A stretch of 32,000 bases of DNA, taken from assembly GCF_000013905.1 (NCBI RefSeq), contig NC_007969.1, positions 120,001 through 152,000 on the forward strand. The letters are read 5' to 3'. The notes below the pieces were generated by a model. It was not told the DNA's origin and ran no database searches. It saw nothing but the letters and a program-made list of their open reading frames with translations. The translations under genes and the position numbers were made by a program. Position 1 is the first letter of the stretch; every line of letters starts with the position of its first letter. This DNA comes from Psychrobacter cryohalolentis K5. Its GTDB lineage: Bacteria; Pseudomonadota; Gammaproteobacteria; Pseudomonadales; Moraxellaceae. This document shows positions 1 through 8,321 of the stretch, piece by piece.

Positions 1-226
1 GTGCATGGAAAGGTCGTTCAACGGCATCCGCCAAAAGCATAGCGATGGTTGTTTTGCCAATACCTGCTTCCCCATGCAAAATAATAGACGGTAGGTGTCC
101 TTGCTCTACCAAGCGCCTTAGCGGAGCACCTACTGCTAACAAGTGCTCTTGACCAATAATGGCATCAAGCGTGGTCGGGCGCATACGCTGGGCGAGGGGT
201 GTATCAGCATGAAAATTAGGTGGCAT
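1..226 (-). CDS. rarA: Replication-associated recombination protein A (AAA+ ATPase RarA/MgsA). Only the N-terminal 75 codons are present; the gene continues past the left edge.
   Basis: It is absent from the ORF track because it runs off the window. Reverse-complement translation from the ATG at 226-224 gives MPPNFHADTPLAQRMRPTTLDAIIGQEHLLAVGAPLRRLVEQGHLPSIILHGEAGIGKTTIAMLLADAVERPFH. This is colinear with the RarA N-terminus (RMRP..L..IGQ.HLL..G.PL, then Walker A G..G.GKTT). Confidence 0.85.
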   Translation of the reverse strand, partial: MPPNFHADTPLAQRMRPTTLDAIIGQEHLLAVGAPLRRLVEQGHLPSIILHGEAGIGKTTIAMLLADAVERPFHA

Positions 227-555
227 AAAATTCTCTATATCTTCTGTTATTCAAGGCTTTTTATTGTAAGATTAAACAGTTATCCATAGTATTCAAAGTC
301 AAATTACTATTTTTGATATTTGTCTTTATAATGCTGTCCTTATTGCGATTAAGCAATAAGTCATAAATAAGGTAATCATCCATGATGTCTTTAACATTAT
401 TATAAAAGCTAGGCTAACGCAGATTCACGTTAATAAAAGTCAGCTAAATGTACAGCTTATGTCTTTAACGCTTTATTTATATCTATATTATCCCTATTAA
501 GGTGTTAACTAAATTTACGAAAATGATAGATCACAGATAAAGGATTATAGTAGTC

Positions 556-1053
556 ATGTTGCAGTCGATTTTTAAGCGTCTATTAAATCGTAGTTCAGCA
601 TCTGCTAACTTAGTAACTGCTAAACAACAAGCGCGGTCTCTCACTGAAGGTGAAATTAATCTTGCACGTTCGGTTTTTGGTGACAGCCTCAGACTTGATG
701 ACGTTCAGCTGAAAACAGCATGGTGGGTACTCAAACATTACGCTGTGAGTCCTAATGGTCATATTTATTTTCATGCATCAGATTGGATAGATGATTTTAG
801 CCAAGCGCCATTGGGCAAACAAGGTTGGCTGATACATGAGTTGACACATGTGTGGCAGCTGCAACAAGGCTTGAAGGTGGTACGCGGTGCTATTATCGAT
901 CGTCGCTATAATTATGTACTAGAGATGGGTAAGCCTTTTCTTAAATATGGTATCGAGCAGCAGGCACGCATGGTACAAGACTATTTTGTCCGTCGTCAGC
1001 GCGGACAATACTGTCAAGATCTTGCAGGCTGCATTCCATTTTTAGTGGTTTAA
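556..1053 (+). CDS. Small (165 aa) HExxH protein, DUF4157-like putative zinc-metallopeptidase-fold protein of unknown function
   Basis: The ORF is intact, with AAGGA about 11 nt upstream of the ATG. It has a single HExxH motif in the context GWLIHELTHVWQLQQG, preceded by AVSPNGHIYF. No signal peptide or TM segment is visible. Confidence 0.7.
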   Translation: MLQSIFKRLLNRSSASANLVTAKQQARSLTEGEINLARSVFGDSLRLDDVQLKTAWWVLKHYAVSPNGHIYFHASDWIDDFSQAPLGKQGWLIHELTHVWQLQQGLKVVRGAIIDRRYNYVLEMGKPFLKYGIEQQARMVQDYFVRRQRGQYCQDLAGCIPFLVV

Positions 1054-1153
1054 TTGCGACTAATCTTGAGCCTAGTAGACCATGCCGCGACTGATTCTTA
1101 ACCTCTATATAGCTATGTGATATTTTTGTTTTTAACACAGGAAATAAATTCAG

Positions 1154-2119
1154 ATGTTTAAATTTTGGGTAGTAGAACATGATAATGGTGTTTATGGTAA
1201 CCTTACCAATAAAGGTATTGAGTGTCCACAGCACTCAAATGCCTTACTGGCGGCGGCATTGACTGGTGTCTTATTGTTAAGCGGATGTCAGCAGCAAGCA
1301 GCAGAAGAAAATGTAGCGGATAAGCCCCAAACCAGTGAGCAAACAAGTGAAGAAGACAGCCAACCGATGGCGCAAAGTGATTCTGCTGCAGCACGTATTG
1401 AGCAGTTCCAACCTTTATATGTTACCCAGTTTCAGGCATTGCAGGGGCGTCTGCAAGCAGAGTACGAGTCGCTACAAGCTGCTGATATTGCAGACAGTGA
1501 AAATGCTTTATTAGTCGATGAGCCTACTGTTGCAACTGGCAATAATCAGCCAGCTAACAACAGCGATCAAGGAGCTATAGCTGCTACGCCACAACTAACA
1601 CAAGATCCGGTAGCAGCTGCAAAGGATGCAGCAAATGGCAACTCTGTGACAGATACTGAAATAAACGATGAAATTAACACCAGTACCGAAGTTGGTGAGC
1701 GCGATTTAACGGTGTTAAAGCGTATTAGCTTAGAGCCACGTAAGCCTATGATATTAACTGAAAAGCAGATTATAGAACGCTATGAGCAAGCAATGGAAGC
1801 GCTTTATCAGCCAGTGACCACGCCACTGAATGCGCAGGATACGGATACTTTGATCAATATCGCAACCTTAGTACCACAGCTTTTTGAAGATGCAGAAATT
1901 GCTGGCAGAGTCAGTGCTAAAAGCCCTGCATTGGCACGTTTAATTATTCAGCATCAAGTTTGGGAGCAGATAGAAGCTCAGCAAGTACTAGATATGCAAA
2001 AAATGAAACAAACCCAACAACAAGAATTTGAGATGCTGATGGCGAAATTCAATGAAACGATTGAAGGTTATGATGAACAAATCGCTAAATATGAGCAAAC
2101 GTTAAAAGAGTTTAAGTAA
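1154..2119 (+). CDS. Putative lipoprotein with a Q/A/E/S/D-rich low-complexity linker and a C-terminal coiled-coil-like region. Function unknown.
   Basis: It has a lipobox-like LLLSGC (ALLAAALTGVLLLSGCQQQ) followed by an acidic, Gln-rich stretch. The C-terminus shows heptad-like charge periodicity (QKMKQTQQQEFEMLMAKFNETIEGYDEQIAKYEQTLKEFK). The start is uncertain: the only in-frame ATG lies 45 codons before the lipobox Cys, which is long for a lipoprotein signal peptide. Confidence 0.6.
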   Translation: MFKFWVVEHDNGVYGNLTNKGIECPQHSNALLAAALTGVLLLSGCQQQAAEENVADKPQTSEQTSEEDSQPMAQSDSAAARIEQFQPLYVTQFQALQGRLQAEYESLQAADIADSENALLVDEPTVATGNNQPANNSDQGAIAATPQLTQDPVAAAKDAANGNSVTDTEINDEINTSTEVGERDLTVLKRISLEPRKPMILTEKQIIERYEQAMEALYQPVTTPLNAQDTDTLINIATLVPQLFEDAEIAGRVSAKSPALARLIIQHQVWEQIEAQQVLDMQKMKQTQQQEFEMLMAKFNETIEGYDEQIAKYEQTLKEFK

Positions 2120-2137
2120 TCCGTTAAATTTAGCCAT

Positions 2138-2167
2138 AAAAAAATCTCGCACATGGCGAGATTTTTT
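2138..2167. terminator. Bidirectional rho-independent terminator between the convergent lipoprotein gene and gltA
   Basis: The sequence is AAAAAAATCTCGC-acatg-GCGAGATTTTTT. It has a 7-bp perfect stem (2144-2150 / 2156-2162) flanked by an A-tract and a T-tract. Confidence 0.75.
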
Positions 2168-2198
2168 ATGACTGTTTACTTTTACACATGCTTAATTA

Positions 2199-3479
2199 CT
2201 ATTTACGATCTTCAACTTTAACAAAATCGCGCTGCGTTTCACCAGTGTATAACTGACGTGGGCGACCGATTTTGAAAGGTGCGCTGTGCATCTCTAACCA
2301 ATGGCTGATCCAACCAGAAGTACGAGCTAGTGAAAAGATAACGGTAAACATTGACGTTGGGATACCGATGGCTTTAAGGATAATACCAGAGTAAAAATCA
2401 ACGTTTGGATACAAGTTACGCTCAACGAAGAACGGGTCTTCTAAAGCGATTTTCTCAAGTGCCATAGCAAGCTCAAGCTTAGGATCATTGATACCTAATG
2501 CGCCTAGTACTTCGTCACAAGTCTCTTTCATCACTTGTGCGCGTGGGTCAAAGTTTTTGTAAACACGGTGACCAAAGCCCATCAGTTTCACTTCACGGCT
2601 TTTCACTTTTTCCATAAATTCTGGAACGTTTTCTACTGAACCGATTTCATCTAGCATCTCAAGTACGGCTTCATTGGCGCCGCCATGTGATGGTCCCCAA
2701 AGGGCGGCGATACCAGCAGCGATACAAGCGTAAGGATTGGCGCCAGTAGAACCTGCTAGACGTACGGTAGACGTTGATGCGTTTTGCTCATGGTCAGCAT
2801 GCAAGGTAAAGATTTTGTCCATAGCACGCGTGATAACGTCGTTGGTTTTATAATCAACATCAGCAGGGGTTGCAAACATCATGTATAAGAAGTTTTCCGC
2901 ATAATTGAAATCATTACGTGGATACATGAACGGTTCGCCTTGTGAGTATTTATAACTCATTGCCGCAAGTGTAGGCATTTTAGCGATGAGACGAATCGCG
3001 GTAATTTCACGATGTTCTTCATTGCTGATGTCTAAATCTTCATGATAAAACGCAGATAAGGCACCAACGACACCAACCATAATTGCCATTGGATGGGCGT
3101 CACGACGGAAGCCTTCAAAGAACTTACGCAATTGATCATGAACACCAGTATGCTTACGAATTTTTTCAAAGAAATCGGCTTTTTGCTCAGCGTTAGGCAG
3201 ATCACCATGAATCAGTGCATAAGCCACTTCTAGATATTCTGCATTGTTTGCTAACTGGTCAATAGGATAGCCGCGATGCAATAGCTCGCCTTTACCGCCA
3301 TCAATGAAGGTAATTTTCGATTCGACAGGAGCAGTTGCCATAAAGCCTGGATCATAGGTCCAGTAGCCAGCTTGTTGGAAAGCAGCAACTTCGATAACTG
3401 ACGGCCCTAAAGTACCCTCAGTAATAGGAAGTTGGTAGTCCTTACCATCTACGGTCAATGTGGCTTGATTATCAGCCAT
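2199..3479 (-). CDS. gltA: Citrate synthase (type II, hexameric family)
   Basis: The 426-aa product carries the hallmark citrate synthase motifs [16 protein letters not shown] and [16 protein letters not shown]. It is divergent from sdhC, as in many gammaproteobacteria. Confidence 0.97.
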   Translation of the reverse strand: MADNQATLTVDGKDYQLPITEGTLGPSVIEVAAFQQAGYWTYDPGFMATAPVESKITFIDGGKGELLHRGYPIDQLANNAEYLEVAYALIHGDLPNAEQKADFFEKIRKHTGVHDQLRKFFEGFRRDAHPMAIMVGVVGALSAFYHEDLDISNEEHREITAIRLIAKMPTLAAMSYKYSQGEPFMYPRNDFNYAENFLYMMFATPADVDYKTNDVITRAMDKIFTLHADHEQNASTSTVRLAGSTGANPYACIAAGIAALWGPSHGGANEAVLEMLDEIGSVENVPEFMEKVKSREVKLMGFGHRVYKNFDPRAQVMKETCDEVLGALGINDPKLELAMALEKIALEDPFFVERNLYPNVDFYSGIILKAIGIPTSMFTVIFSLARTSGWISHWLEMHSAPFKIGRPRQLYTGETQRDFVKVEDRK

Positions 3480-4136
3480 AATTTAATCTCCATTGTTTTA
3501 ACTTGTTAGAACAAAAATAATAGTGACGCACACCCTCGCGTCATAAATAGTCAAATGGCCAAAATGAATGTGACCTATTTAATATGCAGGCTATATTAGC
3601 AGTTATTACTTAAGTTTTGAAAAGACTTTTACTTGCTAGACCACCAATAGACGTGCGCTAGTAGTGCTTATCGGTTGTAAACTTTGTATCAAAATATGTC
3701 TAGTAGGTAATTTGACTGTAAACCATCTTATTTATCATAGCGTAATGATTATTATTAACCTAAATGTAAAGAGGCCATTTTAACCAACTACTCTTCTGAG
3801 ATATCTTCTAATAATTACTATAAAACAGACAGAGCATCATTAGCTGATATATTCGTTTGGCTTCATAGGTCACTAAGCCTGAGTAATACTAATGAATTCA
3901 TATTGCAAATAGCCAGTTTTTTGTTAATAAATCTCTAATAACCACTATTTAGGGGATAAATTTGTAATTAGTGCTCAGTCATTTTATAATTAGAGGGATT
4001 TAACTGGCACTAGCTTTGCGCAAATTGATGACTTGTCCTAATAAAGTAGGTGAGGGGCTTTGCTCCACTCATACTTTGTTACGATTGAATAATCACTTTG
4101 TAGACCAAGACCGAGCTTATCGCTTGAATATTCTTG

Positions 4137-4261
4137 TTAACTGTTCTATTTTTAAATAGCCTACAGTGAAGTTTACCTTAACAAAAAAGGATAACGTAGA
4201 GATGACTCTATGGCGTTGTCTTTTTTTTGTTAATGGGAACCAGTAAAAATAGAATAGTTAA
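4137..4261. repeat. 125-bp imperfect palindrome (MITE-like) with a bidirectional terminator-like hairpin at its core
   Basis: The outer arms TTAACTGTTCTATTTTTA (4137-4154) and TAAAAATAGAATAGTTAA (4244-4261) are reverse complements at 17 of 18 positions. The core at 4178-4233 is TTAACAAAAAAGGATAACGTAGAG-atga-CTCTATGGCGTTGTCTTTTTTTTGTTAA. Confidence 0.6.
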
Positions 4262-4510
4262 TCGATTTATCCCGTGCTTCGTTTTGTGGTCTGTTAATAT
4301 GTAGAAAGCTTATTATTGAAAGGGTTTATTGAGCGATAGTTGAATGCCCATAATGACCCTGTCAATCTCCGTATGCTTTCAGATTTAGCGCAAATTAAAT
4401 GACGTCAGCTAGCTCTTCCTTCCTTACTTTATTCGTCTTGTGTGGTGCTCAGTGTATTTGGCAGACGATTGCTAAATCATAAGTAACTACCAGACATAAC
4501 CGCAAAAAGG

Positions 4511-4897
4511 ATGCCCGCTGTGAAAAGCAACCGACCTATTGATCTGCCCCTCAGCCAAGTGATTAGTGTTAATCGATCACCGATTGCGATTGCTTCAATC
4601 TTGCATCGTATCTCTGGCATCATTTTATTTTTACTTATTCCAGTCATGCTGTGGTTATTGCAGAATTCTTTGGCATCGCCTGAGAGTTTTGAAACCGTTT
4701 TTGACAATGTTTTAGTGCGCTTTTTGGCATGGATTTTCGTCGCCGCCATCGCTTATCACTTTGTGATGGGTATGAAGCATTTATTTGCTGATATGGGCAT
4801 GAATGAAGAGCTGAAATCTGGCCGTGCCGCCTCTATGATCAGCTTTGTAATTGCAGCGATATTAATAGTCGCGTCATTTGTATGGGTGATGTTCTAA
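4511..4897 (+). CDS. sdhC: Succinate dehydrogenase cytochrome b556 subunit
   Basis: The 128-aa product has three TM segments and is colinear with E. coli SdhC (IASILHRISGI, AYHFVMGMKHL). AAAGGA lies just upstream of the ATG. Confidence 0.9.
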   Translation: MPAVKSNRPIDLPLSQVISVNRSPIAIASILHRISGIILFLLIPVMLWLLQNSLASPESFETVFDNVLVRFLAWIFVAAIAYHFVMGMKHLFADMGMNEELKSGRAASMISFVIAAILIVASFVWVMF

Positions 4898-5301
4898 TGA
4901 AAAACGATTCAGGAATAAAAAGCGCAACCAGTCTAACCGGCTCAGGCTCCCGTGATTGGATTGTCCAACGTATCAGTGCGGTGGTCTTAGCAGTTTATAG
5001 TGTGGTGCTATTGGGCTTCTTTTTAACCCATGGCGATGTGAGCTACACGGAATGGTCTAATTTTATGACCAGCTTACCGATGCGTCTATTTAGCTTAGTA
5101 GCAGTTCTAGCCCTTGCGGGTCATGCATGGATTGGCATGTGGACCGTATTCACAGACTATATCACTACCGGTAAATTGGGCGCGAGCGCAGCTGGCCTAC
5201 GCTTGGTCTTACAGACATTAATGATTATTGCCGTTTTTGTATTTTTATTCTGGGGCATCATGATTTTTTGGGGTAACGGCTTCGGTGTCGCTGCTGTTTA
5301 A
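4897..5301 (+). CDS. sdhD: Succinate dehydrogenase hydrophobic membrane anchor subunit
   Basis: Its ATG overlaps the sdhC stop (TAATG). The 134-aa membrane protein carries the SdhD motif HAWIGMWTVFTDY. The upstream ATG at 4882 given in the track lies inside sdhC and is less likely. Confidence 0.88.
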   Translation: MKNDSGIKSATSLTGSGSRDWIVQRISAVVLAVYSVVLLGFFLTHGDVSYTEWSNFMTSLPMRLFSLVAVLALAGHAWIGMWTVFTDYITTGKLGASAAGLRLVLQTLMIIAVFVFLFWGIMIFWGNGFGVAAV

Positions 5302-5479
5302 CGCTCAGATAGATATGCACATTTTAGTAAGTGGTTGAAGGCGGCTTAGATACCCAGTTATATACAATTACATCATCCATATCCGTGCTTTGAGTCGATG
5401 ATTCAGCTCGGAGTGTATGACTGGTTAAGCAGTCCTTGTATTTACTTCGCAAGTATTAACAGGCATTAGGAAAACCGTA

Positions 5480-7330
5480 ATGGCAACTAGACAAGACAAT
5501 ACCATTAGCAATATCAAAACCCTAAACTATGACGCGGTCATCGTTGGTGGTGGTGGTTCAGGTATGCGTGCATCATTGCACTTAGCTGAAGCCGGCATGA
5601 AGGTTGCAGTCTTAACCAAAGTATTCCCAACCCGCTCGCACACTGTTGCAGCTCAGGGCGGTATCGGTGCAAGTCTCGGTAACATGAGCAACGATAACTG
5701 GCATTTCCACTTTTATGATACCGTTAAAGGGTCAGACTGGTTGGGTGACCAAGACGCGATTGAGTACATGTGCCGTGAAGCGCCAAAAGTAGTATATGAG
5801 CTTGAGCACATGGGCATGCCGTTTGACCGTAATGAAGATGGCACAATTTATCAGCGCCCATTTGGTGGTCATACCTCAAACTATGGCGAAAAAGCCGTAC
5901 AACGTGCGTGTGCTGCTGCTGACCGTACCGGTCACGCGCTACTGCATACTCTATATCAAAAAAACCTGCAGCAAGGTACTGAATTCTTTATTGAGTGGAT
6001 TGCCCTTGATTTGATCAAAGATGAAGCCGGCAACATCAATGGCGTCATCGCTATTGAGCAAGAAACTGGTACTGTTGCGGTATTCCAGTCACCAATCACT
6101 GTGTTAGCGACAGGCGGCGCAGGTCGTATCTTTGCTGCCTCTACCAACGCTTATATTAATACTGGTGACGGTATTGGCATGGCGGTTCGTGCTGGTATTC
6201 CACTACAAGACATGGAATTTTGGCAGTTCCACCCAACCGGCGTTCATGGTGCCGGCGTACTATTGACCGAAGGTTGCCGCGGTGAAGGCGCTATCTTACG
6301 TAATAAAGATGGCGAAGCCTTTATGGAGCGTTATGCTCCAACCGTAAAAGACTTGGCACCACGTGATTTAGTATCACGCTCTATGGACCAAGAAATCAAA
6401 GAAGGCCGTGGTTGTGGTCCAAATGCTGACCATATCGTGATGGATATGACCCATTTAGGTGTTGAAACCATCATGAAGCGTCTGCCATCAGTATTCGAGA
6501 TTGGTAAGAACTTTGCCAACGTCGATATCACGAAAGAGCCAATTCCTGTTATTCCAACCATTCATTATATGATGGGCGGTATTCCAACCACGATTCATGG
6601 TCAAGTGATTGTACCGGATCTAGAAGCAGGTACGGATGAAGATGGTCTATATGCAAAAGGCAACGTGGTTAAAGGTCTATATGCAATTGGCGAATGTGCG
6701 TGCGTCAGTGTTCACGGTGCCAACCGTTTAGGTACCAACTCATTGCTTGATTTATTGGTATTTGGTCGCGCTGCAGGTAAGCACATCGTCGATGAATTCC
6801 ATCATGCGGATCATAACTATAAGCCACTTGATCCTCGCGTCCTTGATTACACAGTCGGTCGTTTAGACAAGCTGCAACAGTCAACTTCAGGCTACAATGC
6901 GCAAGACGTTGCCGATGAGATTCGTGCAACTATGCAAACGCATGCCAGTGTATTCCGTACACAAGCGATGATGGATGAAGGCGTTGCAAAAATCCTAGCG
7001 CTAGGCGAGAAGATTGATCAGATTCATTTGGCTGATAAATCACAAGTCTTTAACACTGCTCGTATTGAAGCCTTTGAAGTGGGCAATCTTTACGAAGTAG
7101 CAAAAGCGACGATGATATCAGCGGCCCAGCGTCATGAAAGCCGCGGCGCGCACAGTGTCTCTGACTATGATCGTCCTGAAGATGATGAATACGCACCAAA
7201 CGGTCGTAACGATAATGATTGGATGAAGCATACCTTATGGTATTCTGAAGGCAATAAGATTATCTATAAGCCGGTTCGTAAAATTCCATTAACGGTTGAT
7301 TATATCGAGCCAAAGGTTCGTGTCTACTAA
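5480..7330 (+). CDS. sdhA: Succinate dehydrogenase flavoprotein subunit
   Basis: The 616-aa product has an N-terminal FAD fold (VIVGGGGSGMRA) and a covalent-FAD His context (RSHTVAAQGG). HPTG and the C-terminal RHESRGAH motif are also present. Confidence 0.97.
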   Translation: MATRQDNTISNIKTLNYDAVIVGGGGSGMRASLHLAEAGMKVAVLTKVFPTRSHTVAAQGGIGASLGNMSNDNWHFHFYDTVKGSDWLGDQDAIEYMCREAPKVVYELEHMGMPFDRNEDGTIYQRPFGGHTSNYGEKAVQRACAAADRTGHALLHTLYQKNLQQGTEFFIEWIALDLIKDEAGNINGVIAIEQETGTVAVFQSPITVLATGGAGRIFAASTNAYINTGDGIGMAVRAGIPLQDMEFWQFHPTGVHGAGVLLTEGCRGEGAILRNKDGEAFMERYAPTVKDLAPRDLVSRSMDQEIKEGRGCGPNADHIVMDMTHLGVETIMKRLPSVFEIGKNFANVDITKEPIPVIPTIHYMMGGIPTTIHGQVIVPDLEAGTDEDGLYAKGNVVKGLYAIGECACVSVHGANRLGTNSLLDLLVFGRAAGKHIVDEFHHADHNYKPLDPRVLDYTVGRLDKLQQSTSGYNAQDVADEIRATMQTHASVFRTQAMMDEGVAKILALGEKIDQIHLADKSQVFNTARIEAFEVGNLYEVAKATMISAAQRHESRGAHSVSDYDRPEDDEYAPNGRNDNDWMKHTLWYSEGNKIIYKPVRKIPLTVDYIEPKVRVY

Positions 7331-7537
7331 GTCAGACGCCTTGCGCCTGATGTGTATAGACAGCATAAACGTTTTATCCTTTATTCATTTATTAAAAAGG
7401 TGACCGCCAGCTACAAGCTCATGCCAGCGCCCTATTAATCAGTATTTGATCATTCTTGTCAGTACAGATTAATAGCCAGCGCGACTATGTTGCAATCCTT
7501 GTATGCCCGCCATCACCGACGTGTGGAGTTTAGCATT

Positions 7538-8248
7538 ATGAGCCGAGGTACTCGCACCATCGAAATCTATCGCTACGATCCTGATCTGGACGCAGCGCCG
7601 CGTATGCAAACTTATACGATTGAGCTACTAGACTCAGATCGTATGTTGCTTGACGTGTTATTACGCCTAAAGAAGGAAGATGAAACTCTTACCTTCCGTC
7701 GCTCGTGCCGTGAAGGCATCTGTGGCTCTGATGGCATGAATATTAATGGTAAAAATGGTCTAGCATGTTTGATCAACATGAATACTTTGCCAGAAAAAGT
7801 AACCGTTCGCCCGTTACCAGGTTTGCCAGTGGTTCGTGATTTGGTCGTCGATATGAACCAATTCTACGAGCAGTACGAAAAAGTACATCCATTCTTAATT
7901 AATGATCAGCCAGCGCCTGCGACTGAGCGCTTGCAGTCGCCTGAGCAACGTGACAAGTTAAATGGTTTATATGAATGTATCTTATGTGCCTGCTGTTCAA
8001 CCAGCTGCCCATCATTCTGGTGGAATCCTGATAAGTTCTTAGGACCATCAGCACTACTGCATGCTGATCGTTTTGTTTCTGACAGCCGTGATAGTGATAC
8101 GCGCGCGCGTCTGGCTCGTTTAGACGATCCATTCAGCTTATTTCGTTGCCGCGGTATCATGAACTGCGTATCAGTATGTCCAAAAGGCTTGAATCCAACC
8201 AAAGCTATCGGTCATCTGCGTAATTTGTTGCTTGATCAAGCAGGTTAA
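7538..8248 (+). CDS. sdhB: Succinate dehydrogenase iron-sulfur subunit
   Basis: Three Cys clusters are present: CREGICGSDGMNING (2Fe-2S), CILCACCSTSCP (4Fe-4S) and CRGIMNCVSVCP (3Fe-4S). I chose the ATG at 7538 (MSRGTRTIEIYRY) because GGAG lies about 9 nt upstream. The track start at 7487 adds 17 non-conserved residues. Confidence 0.94.
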   Translation: MSRGTRTIEIYRYDPDLDAAPRMQTYTIELLDSDRMLLDVLLRLKKEDETLTFRRSCREGICGSDGMNINGKNGLACLINMNTLPEKVTVRPLPGLPVVRDLVVDMNQFYEQYEKVHPFLINDQPAPATERLQSPEQRDKLNGLYECILCACCSTSCPSFWWNPDKFLGPSALLHADRFVSDSRDSDTRARLARLDDPFSLFRCRGIMNCVSVCPKGLNPTKAIGHLRNLLLDQAG

Positions 8249-8287
8249 TATACCTTTTAGCCTCAATTAGCTTTATAATAGCGCTAT

Positions 8288-8321
8288 AAAAAACACCACC
8301 TGAGATAAGGTGGTGTTTTTT
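8288..8321 (+). terminator. Rho-independent terminator after sdhB
   Basis: The sequence is AAAAAACACCACC-tgagataa-GGTGGTGTTTTTT. It has an 8-bp GC-rich stem (8293-8300 / 8309-8316) followed by a T-tract. Confidence 0.85.

Noticed and set aside
941-1234. 97-aa minus-strand ORF bridging the end of the HExxH gene and the start of the lipoprotein gene; also the 63-aa ORF at 1203-1394
   Set aside because: Both overlap two better-supported plus-strand genes. They have no RBS and no recognisable domain.
3741-3759. Fur-box-like sequence CGTAATGATTATTATTAAC in the gltA-sdhC spacer, tempting because RyhB/PrrF-type sRNAs regulate sdh
   Set aside because: It matches the 19-bp GATAATGATAATCATTATC consensus at only 14 of 19 positions, in a very AT-rich region where such matches arise by chance. 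It lies more than 400 nt from the nearest terminator-like structure. It should be scored with a proper PWM before it is believed.
4028-4159. 43-codon ORF (MTCPNKVGEGLCSTHTLLRLNNHFVDQDRAYRLNILVNCSIFK) ending 20 nt before the terminator-like hairpin
   Set aside because: It has no Shine-Dalgarno sequence upstream of the ATG and no recognisable peptide features, and its length is expected by chance. It is mentioned only as something ribosome profiling could test.
4016-4404. Direct repeat of GCGCAAATT..ATGAC at about 4018-4032 and about 4388-4403
   Set aside because: A single shared 9-mer within a 1-kb region is about what is expected by chance, with roughly 1-2 such pairs expected. No further extension of the match is visible.
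4477-4749. 90-aa minus-strand ORF at the sdhC 5' end
   Set aside because: It is antisense to the conserved sdhC and would be transcribed into the gltA-sdhC spacer with no supporting signals.
7487-7537. Extended N-termini offered by the ORF track for sdhB (7487), galE (17429), folK (28032), pcnB (TTG 25784), comEA (25203), sdhD (4882) and mazG (GTG 24380)
   Set aside because: The extensions are not conserved relative to the known family N-termini. They lack an RBS or overlap upstream genes or terminators; for example, the 17429 start would read through the sucD terminator hairpin. Downstream ATGs with better Shine-Dalgarno context were chosen.
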